Shown here: in pieces, positions 18,322-27,318 of the stretch
Numbering within the stretch: the stretch's first letter is position 1
Layout: each line of letters opens with the position of its first letter
Assembly: GCF_000015945.1 (NCBI RefSeq)
Contig: NC_009033.1
Coordinates: 990,001 to 1,022,000 of the forward strand
Length of the DNA: 32,000 nt
Direction: 5' to 3'
Origin: Staphylothermus marinus F1
GTDB taxonomy: Archaea > Thermoproteota > Thermoprotei_A > Sulfolobales > Desulfurococcaceae
Notes under the pieces: model-generated
Database searches by the model: none
The model's input: the letters and a program-made list of their open reading frames with translations, nothing else
Told to the model about the DNA's origin: nothing
Translations under genes and position numbers: made by a program

Positions 18322-18879
18322 ATGGTTAAGCTTCCACATATATATGAAGAAATAGATATACCGGAGAACGTTACTGTAGAAATTAATGGTTTAAAAGTAA
18401 AAGTTAATGGTCCAAAAGGGAGTATTGAGAGAGATTTCTCTCATGTAAGAAATATTATTCTTAGAAAAGAAAATAGTAAAATTATAGTTGAGACATTCTT
18501 CGCTGATAGAAGGAAAAAAGCACTAGTGGGCACTATTGCATCACATATTGAAAATATGATTAAGGGAGTATTAAAAGGATATAGATATAAATTAAAAATA
18601 ATATATTCACACTTTCCAATCACAGTCGAAGTTGATGATAGAAATCGTATTGTTAGAATAAAGAATTTCCTTGGAGAAAAATCTGATAGGATAGCTAAGA
18701 TAATAGGTGAAGACGTCAAAGTAACTGTTAAAGGAGAGGACATTATTGTTGAAGGAATAGATATCGAGCATGTTGGACAAACAGCTGCTAACATTGAGTT
18801 AGCTACAAAAGTTAAAGACAAAGATAGGAGAGTCTTCGCAGACGGCATATATATTTATGATTGGGGTGAAGAAGAATGA
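18322..18879 (+). CDS. rpl6: 50S ribosomal protein L6 (uL6)
   Basis: Contains IPENVTVEINGLKVKVNGPKGSIERDFSH; operon position. Confidence 0.93.
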   Translation: MVKLPHIYEEIDIPENVTVEINGLKVKVNGPKGSIERDFSHVRNIILRKENSKIIVETFFADRRKKALVGTIASHIENMIKGVLKGYRYKLKIIYSHFPITVEVDDRNRIVRIKNFLGEKSDRIAKIIGEDVKVTVKGEDIIVEGIDIEHVGQTAANIELATKVKDKDRRVFADGIYIYDWGEEE

Positions 18880-19286
18880 GTGAAAACAAAGACTTAGAAA
18901 AATTATTAGAGCTTAGAAAAAAGCTTAAATCAAAGAAACCAGAGTTTCTACGCCATCTATGGTGGAAAAAACCAAAGTTTAGAAATGATCCTAAGTGGCG
19001 TAAACCAAAAGGTACTGATAACAAGATGCGGTTGAAAAAGAAAGGGTATCCACCGCTGGTTGAAGTTGGATATAGAGGACCTAAACTAGTACGGGGGCTA
19101 CACCCGTCAGGTTTGAAACCCGTAGTTATACATGATCCCAAAGAACTGGATAGGCTAGATCCAAATATGCACATATTATACATTGGTAGAACTGTTGGAC
19201 TAAGGAAAAGAATAGAAATTATGAGAATAGCGAGTGAGAAGGGATTTAAAGTAGCTAATCAAATAAGTCTTAGTCAAAAACAATAG
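18876..19286 (+). CDS. rpl32e: 50S ribosomal protein L32e (eL32)
   Basis: Contains KPKFRNDPKWRKPKGTDNKMRLKKKGYPPLVEVGYRGPKLVRGLHPSG. ATGA overlap with rpl6. Confidence 0.92.
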   Translation: MSENKDLEKLLELRKKLKSKKPEFLRHLWWKKPKFRNDPKWRKPKGTDNKMRLKKKGYPPLVEVGYRGPKLVRGLHPSGLKPVVIHDPKELDRLDPNMHILYIGRTVGLRKRIEIMRIASEKGFKVANQISLSQKQ

Positions 19287-19306
19287 TGGAGAGAGGTAGT
19301 GTAGTA

Positions 19307-19765
19307 ATGACTGATTTAAGTCTACAAAAGAGATTGGCTGCGGAGATATTAGGTGTAGGCGAGTCGAGGATATGGATAGATCCTGAAAGAATAGATGAAG
19401 TTGCTGACGCGATTACTCGGGAAGAAATTAAAGCGTTAATTAAGGACAGAGTTATACAAGTTAAACCAATACATGGGAACTCTCGTGAGAGATGGAAAAT
19501 AAGACATATGCAGAGGAAGAAGGGGCGTAGAAGAGGATATGGTAAACGTAAGGGTAAGAAGACAGCTAGGAAGGATAGGAAGGAGGAATGGATGAATAGG
19601 ATTAGAAAAATTAGAAGGTTTCTCAGGTATCTACGCGATCATGGCGTAATTACTCGCAAAGATTATAGGAGATTATACATGTTGGCTAAGGGTGGAACAT
19701 TCCATAGTCTAGCATCTTTAAAACACTATATGAAGGAAAAAGGCATAGTTAAAGAGATTAGGTGA
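19307..19765 (+). CDS. rpl19e: 50S ribosomal protein L19e (eL19)
   Basis: Contains [26 protein letters not shown]. The ATG at 19307 is preferred to the track GTG at 19286. Confidence 0.92.
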   Translation: MTDLSLQKRLAAEILGVGESRIWIDPERIDEVADAITREEIKALIKDRVIQVKPIHGNSRERWKIRHMQRKKGRRRGYGKRKGKKTARKDRKEEWMNRIRKIRRFLRYLRDHGVITRKDYRRLYMLAKGGTFHSLASLKHYMKEKGIVKEIR

Positions 19766-19773
19766 GCAAGGAT

Positions 19774-20382
19774 ATGGCTAGAGGACCAAGATACAAGGTT
19801 CCTAAGCGTAGGAGGAGAGAAGGTAAAACAAACTATTATAAGAGATACAAGATGGTATTATCTGGTCATCCAAGATTTGTAGTTAGAAAAACACTAAAAC
19901 ACATAATTGTTCAAATAGTAACAGCTAAGCCAGAAGGAGATATCACCATAGCAGCAGCTCATTCACGAGAACTCTACAAGAAATATGGTTGGATGGGTGG
20001 ATTAGGAAATACGCCGGCAGCGTACTTGACAGGTCTACTTGCTGCACTTCGCGGATTAAAGGCGGGAATAAAATATGCTGTCCCAGATATAGGCTTACAT
20101 GTTCCAACGCGTGGAGCCAAGGTATTCGCGGCCATAAAGGCGGCTAATGATGTTGGATTAAAGGTTCCGGTAGGTGAAGAAGTTGTGCCTTCGGATGATC
20201 GTATTCGTGGGGAGCACATCGCCTCCTGGGCTAAGATGCTCCAGGAGGCTAGTCCCGAGGCTTATGAGAGATTCTTCTCAAAATATATTAGTCGAGGCTT
20301 TGATCCCACCCAGCTCCCCACGCATTTTGAAGAAGTAAAGAACCGTATCTTAGAGGAATACAAGGATGTGTTGGGTGAGTAA
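19774..20382 (+). CDS. rpl18: 50S ribosomal protein L18 (uL18)
   Basis: Contains [24 protein letters not shown]. The ATG at 19774 is preferred because the track GTG at 19762 lies inside the SD AGGTGA. Confidence 0.92.
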   Translation: MARGPRYKVPKRRRREGKTNYYKRYKMVLSGHPRFVVRKTLKHIIVQIVTAKPEGDITIAAAHSRELYKKYGWMGGLGNTPAAYLTGLLAALRGLKAGIKYAVPDIGLHVPTRGAKVFAAIKAANDVGLKVPVGEEVVPSDDRIRGEHIASWAKMLQEASPEAYERFFSKYISRGFDPTQLPTHFEEVKNRILEEYKDVLGE

Positions 20383-20384
20383 AT

Positions 20385-21029
20385 ATGCCTATGAGTGCGA
20401 TTGATAAAGAAGCTCTTGAAACATGGGTTCCAAGAACACGTGTAGGTAAAATGGTTGTTGAAGGAAAGATTACTAGTTTAAAGGAAATATTTGATCGCAA
20501 TCTTCCATTGCTTGAACCAGAAATAGTTGATTATCTACTGCCCGATCTAAAATATGAAAGGCTTGATGTAGGAATAGTTCAGAAAGTAACTGATGCTGGT
20601 CGAAGAAGCAGGTTTAGAGTAGTTGTCGTAGTAGGTAATGAGGATGGTTTTGTAGGAGTAGGATCGGGTAAAGCGAGACAGTACCTAGTTGCTCTACGAA
20701 AAGCTCTGAGAAATGCTAAGCTAAACATTACACCTGTCAGGCGAGGATGTGGAAGCTGGGAGTGCAGATGCGGCGAACCCCATAGTATACCGTTTACTGT
20801 ACAGGGTAAGAGTGGTAGTGTTGTAGTAGTATTGAAACCAGCACCTAAGGGAACAGGATTAGTAGCCGGTGATACAGCTAAGGCTGTGCTTAGAATGGCT
20901 GGTATAAAGGATGTATGGACAGAGACATTCGGGAAAACAAAAACAACACTAAACTTTGCTAAAGCAGTTGTCAACGCATTAAGAAACACATACAAGTTTG
21001 TAGCACCGGTTGATTGGCTAAAAGCTTAG
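20385..21029 (+). CDS. rps5: 30S ribosomal protein S5 (uS5)
   Basis: Contains [51 protein letters not shown]. Confidence 0.94.
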   Translation: MPMSAIDKEALETWVPRTRVGKMVVEGKITSLKEIFDRNLPLLEPEIVDYLLPDLKYERLDVGIVQKVTDAGRRSRFRVVVVVGNEDGFVGVGSGKARQYLVALRKALRNAKLNITPVRRGCGSWECRCGEPHSIPFTVQGKSGSVVVVLKPAPKGTGLVAGDTAKAVLRMAGIKDVWTETFGKTKTTLNFAKAVVNALRNTYKFVAPVDWLKA

Positions 21030-21048
21030 AGAAAGGTGAAGTGATAAA

Positions 21049-21537
21049 ATGCCGGATTTATATGCGATCATCAGGATTCGTGGAAGATTAGATGTACCAC
21101 CGGATGTTGACTATACATTAAAACTGTTGAGACTCCATAAAAAATTCCATATGGTAATATACCCGTCAAACCAGCCAGGATTAAAGGGGATGCTACAAAA
21201 GGCAAAAGACTGGATAACCTGGGGAGAAATAAACTATGAAACACTTGTAGAATTATTGAGAAAACGTGGAAGAACACTTGGAAATAAACCATTAACGGAT
21301 GAATTTGTTGATAAATATTTGTCAAAGTATGGAATTTATGGGGGAATACAAGGTTTAGCTAAAGCATTATTAGAAGGTAAAATAAAGCTTCACAAACTCG
21401 AAGTAATTAAGCCGGTGTTTAGGCTTCACCCACCACGTGGAGGCTTTAAGAGAAGTACTAAGAGACCATTCAATGATGGAGGAGAACTAGGATATAGAGG
21501 TAAGTCTATTAATGAATTAATTAAAAGAATGCTTTAA
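21049..21537 (+). CDS. rpl30: 50S ribosomal protein L30 (uL30)
   Basis: Contains [31 protein letters not shown]; operon position. Confidence 0.92.
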   Translation: MPDLYAIIRIRGRLDVPPDVDYTLKLLRLHKKFHMVIYPSNQPGLKGMLQKAKDWITWGEINYETLVELLRKRGRTLGNKPLTDEFVDKYLSKYGIYGGIQGLAKALLEGKIKLHKLEVIKPVFRLHPPRGGFKRSTKRPFNDGGELGYRGKSINELIKRML

Positions 21538-21560
21538 ATAAATGTTTAAAGGTGAAGATC

Positions 21561-22019
21561 ATGGTTGTCCGTAAAAAGAAGAAAAGCCGAAAACTAAGAG
21601 GAAGAACACGCTCAATGGGTTGGGGACGTATAGGACAACATAGAAAAAGCGGTGCGCGCGGAGGCTTTGGAGCAGTAGGATTCCATAAACACAAGTGGAT
21701 ATGGGTTCTAAAATATGCTCCTAATTGGTATGGAAAACATGGCTTTACAAGACCTCCAGAAACAATATATGGAGTATACAGTATCAATGTCGGAGAATTA
21801 GATGAGTTAGCAAAACATCTTGTTTCAAAGAATCTTGCTTATCGCGAGGAAGGCAAGATAGTTATTGATGTTACAAGCATGGGCTTTAACAAAGTACTTG
21901 GACGGGGCAAGGTCACATTACCATTAAAAATTATAACAAAGAGCATATCTAAGAGAGCACGTGAGAAAATAACAGCTGTTGGCGGAGAAGTAGTTGTTAT
22001 AGGTGAGAAACAACAATAG
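21561..22019 (+). CDS. rpl15: 50S ribosomal protein L15 (uL15)
   Basis: Contains [25 protein letters not shown]. The ATG at 21561 follows the SD AGGTGA. The track GTG at 21552 lies inside the SD. Confidence 0.92.
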   Translation: MVVRKKKKSRKLRGRTRSMGWGRIGQHRKSGARGGFGAVGFHKHKWIWVLKYAPNWYGKHGFTRPPETIYGVYSINVGELDELAKHLVSKNLAYREEGKIVIDVTSMGFNKVLGRGKVTLPLKIITKSISKRAREKITAVGGEVVVIGEKQQ

Positions 22020-22144
22020 TTTTCTTCGGAATAGATATATAAATTGATTTTCCAGTTAAATATAAATTCCTAAACCAAAAATACTTATCAATAATTATGT
22101 TTGGGAAAACAATACGGAAACTAAGCTGTGTGATGGTGCTTTAG

Positions 22145-23575
22145 ATGGGTTTAATAGATTTAATGGCTAAGATAGCGGATTATATTCCTACAGTTGAGAA
22201 ACCAAAGGCTAAGCCTGGCTTATATGAGAGATTATTGTGGACAGCTATAGCACTAATAGTCTATGTGATAATGGCTAATACACCATTATATGGAATATCA
22301 GTTACTGGTGGTGGACAACAAATACTTCTCGTACAAATAATTTTTGCATCTAGAAGAGGAACCTTAATGGAGCTAGGCATTGGACCAATAGTTACTGCAG
22401 GCCTCATCATGCAGATTCTTGTAGGAGCTAAAATGATTAATTTAGACATGTCTAATCCAGATGATAGAAGAAGATTTACAGCGGCTCAGAAAACATTTGC
22501 TTTGATACTGGCGGCTTTCGAGGCGGCAATGTATGTTTCAGCGTGTAGATATTGGACACCAACAGGCCCTAATCCATTCTTCCAATGTAGTGCGACAATA
22601 TATCAAAGAATAGGTGTTGGACTCCAACTATTCATTGCCACCTATATAGTTATTCTACTCGACGAAATGATCCAGAAAGGATGGGGTATAGGATCAGGAG
22701 TGTCTTTATTCATTTTAACCGGTGTAGCTCAGAGGATTCTATGGAATCTTATCAGCCCAATAACTATTAGTGGTGAAGCTGTAGGGTTTATTCCATATGC
22801 TATCCAGGTCCTTTCAACTGGGGGGAATATCAATAGTATAATTATTAGAAGTGGTGGAAGAGACCTGGTAGGATTAATTGTTACATTTGTAATAATATTT
22901 CTACTAGTATATCTTGAAGGCATGAAAGTTGAGATCCCGGTCACATCTCCTAGGCTTAGAAGCATAAAGACGAAGGTTCCATTAAAATTTCTATATGTTA
23001 CCAATATTCCTGTGTTATTAGTAGGTATACTTTACTCAGATATTCTAGTATTTGCATCATTAACTAGACTATATTTACAAAACATTGTTCCGGACTGGGT
23101 AGCTAATATGCTTGCAACTTATGATGCAAATGGTAGGTTAACTGGTGGATTGGCATATTATCTATCACCTCCTGGAAGCTTAGCTAGAACATTATATGAT
23201 CCAATGCAAGCAGTAATATATGCTGTAAGCGTATTATTTCTAGCAACACTCTTCGGCATAATGTGGGTGGAGATCTCAGGGCTTAGCGCATCAGCTCAGG
23301 CTGAGGAATTAATTAAGAGCGGCATGGAAATACCTGGTATTAGGAGAAACCCGAAAATACTGGAGAGAATCCTTTCAAGATACATATTTCCACTAACTGT
23401 TCTATCCAGCCTAATAGTAGCATTGATCGCTGTAACAGCCGACTTAATGGGAGCATATGGTACAGGCACCGGAATACTACTAGCGGTCGGTATTGTGCAA
23501 CAATACTATACAATGATAGCTTATGAGAGAACACTAGAAGCATATCCATTGCTTAAGAGATTAGTTGGTGAGTAA
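22145..23575 (+). CDS. secY: Preprotein translocase subunit SecY
   Basis: 476 aa with ~10 TM segments. Contains RGTLMELGIGPIVTAGLIMQIL, and sits in the conserved position after L15. Confidence 0.94.
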   Translation: MGLIDLMAKIADYIPTVEKPKAKPGLYERLLWTAIALIVYVIMANTPLYGISVTGGGQQILLVQIIFASRRGTLMELGIGPIVTAGLIMQILVGAKMINLDMSNPDDRRRFTAAQKTFALILAAFEAAMYVSACRYWTPTGPNPFFQCSATIYQRIGVGLQLFIATYIVILLDEMIQKGWGIGSGVSLFILTGVAQRILWNLISPITISGEAVGFIPYAIQVLSTGGNINSIIIRSGGRDLVGLIVTFVIIFLLVYLEGMKVEIPVTSPRLRSIKTKVPLKFLYVTNIPVLLVGILYSDILVFASLTRLYLQNIVPDWVANMLATYDANGRLTGGLAYYLSPPGSLARTLYDPMQAVIYAVSVLFLATLFGIMWVEISGLSASAQAEELIKSGMEIPGIRRNPKILERILSRYIFPLTVLSSLIVALIAVTADLMGAYGTGTGILLAVGIVQQYYTMIAYERTLEAYPLLKRLVGE

Positions 23576-23580
23576 GACTA

Positions 23581-24027
23581 GTGGTTTATATAACATTATC
23601 TATTCTAACCGGATTATTTTTCTCTCTACTAGGTGCTTTTCTAACATATTTTATTTCTCGTAGACGATTTTTCCAGGAAGCTTTTATTATTGTTGAAAAA
23701 TATAATGTCCCCTCTAGGCCTCGTGATAAAGGCGAGCTTAGAAGATTAAAGAAATTAAAAAGACAAGTATCAATAGCTCGTAAAAGATTAATTCTCTTAT
23801 TCTTTACACATTTAACTGTTTTCATGATAACATATATTTCAACAATAATTACCGTGGCAATTATTGTTCCCAGCGATGAATTAATTGTTTCGATCCCCAT
23901 AGCTATTCCTCTCTTATCCGTTAAAGAAAATGGTTTTTATGCGACAAATATATTGTTTATAGCATTTATAGCATATTTAGCCCCTCTCTACGCCTCTATA
24001 AGAGCAATACGCCCAGTAACTGAGTAA
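23581..24027 (+). CDS. DUF106-type three-TM membrane protein (archaeal Oxa1/YidC/EMC3-like insertase candidate)
   Basis: GTG start 8 nt after GGTGAG. The layout is TM1, then a basic coiled segment (RPRDKGELRRLKKLKRQVSIARKR), then TM2 and TM3. From memory, it sits in the conserved superoperon slot between secY/adk and rpl34e. Confidence 0.55.
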   Translation: MVYITLSILTGLFFSLLGAFLTYFISRRRFFQEAFIIVEKYNVPSRPRDKGELRRLKKLKRQVSIARKRLILLFFTHLTVFMITYISTIITVAIIVPSDELIVSIPIAIPLLSVKENGFYATNILFIAFIAYLAPLYASIRAIRPVTE

Positions 24028-24123
24028 TCCTTTTATGCGTTAGGTTTAAGAATACTTATTATATAATATGTTTTCACTAGGTACCTAGTAAGATGACTAG
24101 ATGAATGGTGAGGTGCGGAATAT

Positions 24124-24402
24124 ATGCCTAGGCCAGGGTTGAAGACTAGGAGCAAGAGAAGAGTATATGTTAGAACACCCGGTGGTAAAGTAGTAATTCA
24201 TTATGAACCTAGAAAACCCGGTCCTGCACGATGCGCAATATGTGGTAAGCCGCTAAACGGTGTTCCAAGACTAATTCCATCAAAACTACGAAAACTAGCG
24301 AAAACAGAGAAAAGACCTGAGAGACCTTATGGTGGATACATCTGTCCTAGGTGTTTATCTAGATTATTGAGAGAAAGTATTAGGGCAAGCATCTCCTCAT
24401 AA
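24124..24402 (+). CDS. rpl34e: 50S ribosomal protein L34e (eL34)
   Basis: Contains [41 protein letters not shown]. Confidence 0.92.
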   Translation: MPRPGLKTRSKRRVYVRTPGGKVVIHYEPRKPGPARCAICGKPLNGVPRLIPSKLRKLAKTEKRPERPYGGYICPRCLSRLLRESIRASISS

Positions 24403-24499
24403 TACCTGGGCTCACAAATTTTCTACGGGAGAAATAAAATTAATGTTTCTTAAGAGTATAGTTATTCTGATACATCGTGTTGGTACGGTGTAGAATTAA

Positions 24500-25033
24500 A
24501 TGGTAGTTATAGTTATTAGCGGGCCTCCTGGAGGAGGTAAAACTACACAGGCTAGGAGAGTAGCAGAATATTTTTCTCTAAGATATTATTCTGCAGGAAT
24601 GATCTTTAGAGAAATTGCAAGGTCTCGTGGTTTATCATTGGAGGAGCTTAGTATTATTGCAGCAAATGATCCATCAATAGATATAGAGATTGATAAAAGA
24701 ACTTATGAGGAAGCATTGAAAGGAAATGTTGTACTGGATGGTCATTTAACGGCATGGATTGTTAGTAATATAGCAGATATAAAAATATATGTTACAGCCC
24801 CTCTACACATAAGGATTAAGAGAATAGCTGAGAGAGACAATATTGATCTCAATAAAGCTATGCATGAGACAATTATTCGTGAATATGTTCAAAAGAAAAG
24901 ATTCATGGAATATTATGGTATAGATATTGATGACTTATCCATTTTCGATCTAGTTATTAACACAGAAAAATTAAGTGTAGAAAAAACCTTCAATATAATC
25001 CGGGAATTTATAGAGAAATTTTTAAAGGAGTAA
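24500..25033 (+). CDS. cmk: Cytidylate kinase, archaeal type
   Basis: P-loop is VISGPPGGGKTTQARRVA. The size (~177 aa) and the conserved position between L34e and L14e fit. Confidence 0.85.
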   Translation: MVVIVISGPPGGGKTTQARRVAEYFSLRYYSAGMIFREIARSRGLSLEELSIIAANDPSIDIEIDKRTYEEALKGNVVLDGHLTAWIVSNIADIKIYVTAPLHIRIKRIAERDNIDLNKAMHETIIREYVQKKRFMEYYGIDIDDLSIFDLVINTEKLSVEKTFNIIREFIEKFLKE

Positions 25034-25090
25034 TTTCCTTATCATGTGTCTAGCTAGGAAATATCGTTTTGTGAGGGAGGCGTAGCTAAT

Positions 25091-25381
25091 ATGCCGGCAA
25101 TAGAAATAGGTAGAATATGTGTAAAAGTAGCTGGAAGAGAAGCTGGGAGAAAATGTGTTATTGTCGATATAATTGATGAAAACTTTGTATTAATAACTGG
25201 TCCAAAGAGCTTAACTGGTGTTAAAAGAAGAAGAGCTAATGTTAAACATATAGAGCCCTTAGACAAAGTAATCGATATCTCTCGAGGAGCTAGCGACGAA
25301 GAAGTATTGAGAGCAATAGCAAATGCTGGTCTAACAGAGTTTATGAAGGAGATCGTGAAGCCAAAATTAGTACCTGTATAA
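25091..25381 (+). CDS. rpl14e: 50S ribosomal protein L14e (eL14)
   Basis: Contains [38 protein letters not shown] (KOW-like). Confidence 0.9.
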   Translation: MPAIEIGRICVKVAGREAGRKCVIVDIIDENFVLITGPKSLTGVKRRRANVKHIEPLDKVIDISRGASDEEVLRAIANAGLTEFMKEIVKPKLVPV

Positions 25382-25461
25382 TTTTGTATAAGCAAGAATA
25401 GGTAGCAAGGTTATCAAAATAATTTTGTTATAAATCCCGCATAATAAAGGCATAGATACTG

Positions 25462-25485
25462 TTTTATCCAACACTCTTTTATCCA
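25462..25485 (+). repeat. Direct repeat TTTTATCCA x2 (15-bp period) upstream of cbf5; possible TATA-like elements
   Basis: Copies lie at 25462-25470 and 25477-25485. The second is ~40 nt upstream of the GTG at 25523. Confidence 0.35.
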
Positions 25486-25522
25486 CCTCGCTACGTAATT
25501 GGTTTTATGGGGGGATTACTAA

Positions 25523-26596
25523 GTGGGCTTAGTTGAAAAAGGTATTAGATTTATTGAGAAAATAACTAAAAATGCTGGATATGATCAGGAATGGATTATA
25601 TTGAGAGAAGATGATACAAGTCCTGACTATGGCGTATTGCCTTATCAAAGACCAATAAACGAGCATATTAGAAACGGAGTTATTAACTTAGATAAACCAC
25701 CTGGCCCTACTAGTCACGAAGTAGTGGCATGGATTAAAAAGATGTTTGAATTAGAGAGAGCCGGTCACGGGGGGACCCTAGAACCCCTATACCCTCAATT
25801 GGGATAGGGGTGGTTAAACCCCAAAGTGACCGGCGTATTACCTGTTGCATTAGCTAATGCTACAAAGGTTATAGGAAATGTTATTCATACAATTAAAGAG
25901 TACGTGATGGTGATCCAGCTTCATACACCAGTAGATAACGAGAGGCTCCGAGAAGTTTTGAGGTACTTTACAGGCGTAATCTATCAACGGCCACCACTAA
26001 GATCTAGCGTTAAAAGAGTTATTAGAACACGTAGGATACACTATATTGATCTACTGGAGCACAGTGATAGATATGTATTGGTTCGTGTAGGATGTGAAGC
26101 AGGTACTTATATGAGAAAACTAGCGCATGACATAGGATTACTACTTGGTGTAGGAGCACATATGAGAGAACTTAGAAGAACACGTACGGGACCTTATAAA
26201 GAAGACGAAACACTTGTTAGAATGCAAGAAGTCAGCGAAGCCCTCTATCTGTGGAGAAACAAAGGTGATGAAAGATATTTGAGAAAAATAATTTTGCCTG
26301 TTGAAACAGCTATAGCGCATTTACCCAAGATAATAATACGTGACACAGCAGTTGATGCTGTCGCTCATGGAGCTCATTTAGCGGTTCCTGGAATTGTTAG
26401 ATTGACTAAAGATGTAGCACTAAACAAGACCGTTGCAATATTAACTCTTAAAGGCGAACTAGTTGCTCTAGGCACCGCGTTGAAAAGTGCTGTAGAAATT
26501 GCAAATATGAAGAAGGGGATTGTTGTTAGAACTAAGAGAGTATATATGAAACCTGGTATTTATCCAGCTGTTTGGAAGAAGAGGCAAGAACAATAA
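25523..26596 (+). CDS. cbf5: tRNA/rRNA pseudouridine synthase Cbf5 (H/ACA RNP catalytic subunit), interrupted by a 36-nt intron; the mature CDS joins 25523-25782 to 25819-26596
   Basis: ORF 1 ends ..INLDKPPGPTSHEVVAWIKKMFELERAGHGGTL then EPLYPQLG*. ORF 2 continues (PK)VTGVLPVALANATKV. The splice restores AGHGGTLDPKVTGVLPVAL, the TruB motif II with the catalytic Asp. A PUA-type C-terminus is present. The GTG start is uncertain. Confidence 0.88.
25783..25818 (+). other. Archaeal (BHB-type) intron within the cbf5 mRNA
   Basis: 36 nt, in frame, containing TAG at 25805-25807. The boundary is ambiguous by 1 nt (25782-25817 gives the same mRNA). The internal hairpin pairs ACCCCUAU(A)CCC at 25783-25794 with GGGAUAGGGGU at 25801-25811. 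The flanking exon GGGG (25771-25774) can pair with CCCC (25819-25822), and ACC (25775-25777) with GGU (25812-25814). Confidence 0.8.
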
Positions 26597-27177
26597 TGAC
26601 TCATTATTATCGGAAAGGTTATCCTGGAAGGAAAACCCTTATACCACTAACTATTAGAGGTGTAACATTAGAGTTTGTCTCCTATACCTCCTTGTTTTCC
26701 GGGAGAGAAGTTGATAAAGGAACGTATCTTCTTCTAAAATACATTGATGTTCCTGATGAAGGCGAAGTATTGGATGTGGGCTGTGGATATGGAGTTATAG
26801 GATTAACTATAGCAAAACTTAATCCAAGACTTAAGGTTTATATGGTAGATATTAATCCGTTAGCTGTAAAAATAACTAAATATAATGCAAAACTAAACAA
26901 TCTAGAGAAACAAGTCGTCGTTCTTCAAGGAGACGTTTATGAACCAGTTAAAAACCTTAGGTTTAACGCAATATATTCTAACCCGCCCCTCTCTTCAGGT
27001 ATGTACACAGTTGAGAAAATAGTTCTTGAAGCAATAAATTATTTAAAACCAGATGGTTTCGCAGAATTTGTCCTAGCTCGTGGCGGAGAATATTTAGTGG
27101 AAAAAGCTAGAAGAATATATAGGCACGTAGAAAGTATTAGAAAAAAGGGATATATTATACTCAAACTAAAACCATAA
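26596..27177 (+). CDS. Class I SAM-dependent methyltransferase, small-domain (RsmC/RsmD/MJ0882-like) family
   Basis: Motif I is VLDVGCGYGVIGLTIA and motif IV is IYSNPPL. The ATG at 26596 overlaps the cbf5 stop (TAATG). The track TTG at 26572 is less likely. Confidence 0.8.
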   Translation: MTHYYRKGYPGRKTLIPLTIRGVTLEFVSYTSLFSGREVDKGTYLLLKYIDVPDEGEVLDVGCGYGVIGLTIAKLNPRLKVYMVDINPLAVKITKYNAKLNNLEKQVVVLQGDVYEPVKNLRFNAIYSNPPLSSGMYTVEKIVLEAINYLKPDGFAEFVLARGGEYLVEKARRIYRHVESIRKKGYIILKLKP

Positions 27178-27185
27178 ATAGAGGA

Positions 27186-27274
27186 GCCGGGGTGCCCGAG
27201 CGGTCTAAGGGGCTGGCCTTGAGAGCCAGTGGGCCAAGGGGCCCGCGCGGGTTCGAATCCCGCCCCCGGCGCCA
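27186..27274 (+). tRNA. tRNA-Ser (anticodon UGA), long variable arm, CCA encoded
   Basis: The acceptor pairs GCCGGGG with CCCCGGC. The anticodon stem pairs CUGGC with GCCAG around loop CUUGAGA. The T arm is GCGGG-UUCGAAU-CCCGC. The discriminator is G, followed by CCA. Confidence 0.93.
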
Positions 27275-27282
27275 TTATTTTT
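27275..27282 (+). terminator. Oligo-T tract (TTATTTTT) after tRNA-Ser
   Basis: A T-rich run lies immediately 3' of the tRNA. Archaeal termination commonly uses oligo-T. Confidence 0.4.
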
Positions 27283-27318
27283 CGATTATGAACTAATATT
27301 CTGAAAAACTAATACATA

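Noticed and set aside
6133-21787. About 30 minus-strand ORFs of 60-140 aa in the track lie opposite the SPOUT, r-protein and neighbouring genes (e.g. 7336-7560, 8997-9260, 14019-14366, 18441-18848, 20579-20995).
   Set aside because: Each lies fully antisense to a confidently identified gene. Their compositions are low-complexity (Ser/Leu/Pro/Ile-rich), they have no SD, and no motifs are present. They are shadow ORFs.
25033-25062. A hairpin ATTTCCT-(16 nt)-AGGAAAT after the cmk stop, considered as a terminator or regulatory stem.
   Set aside because: It is only 7 AT-rich base pairs with a 16-nt loop. It would be unstable at the growth temperature implied by the tRNAs, and it is not followed by a clean oligo-T tract.
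25523-26596. cbf5 read as a pseudogene, a frameshifted gene or a naturally split two-subunit gene.
   Set aside because: Both halves are in the same frame. The interrupting 36 nt is a hairpin with pairable flanks, and its exact removal recreates the catalytic motif. Both halves are otherwise intact. An mRNA intron is the more economical reading.
27039-27275. A 78-aa minus-strand ORF (MAPGAGFEPARAPW..).
   Set aside because: Its N-terminal third is simply the reverse complement of the GC-rich tRNA-Ser gene. The rest is antisense to the methyltransferase.
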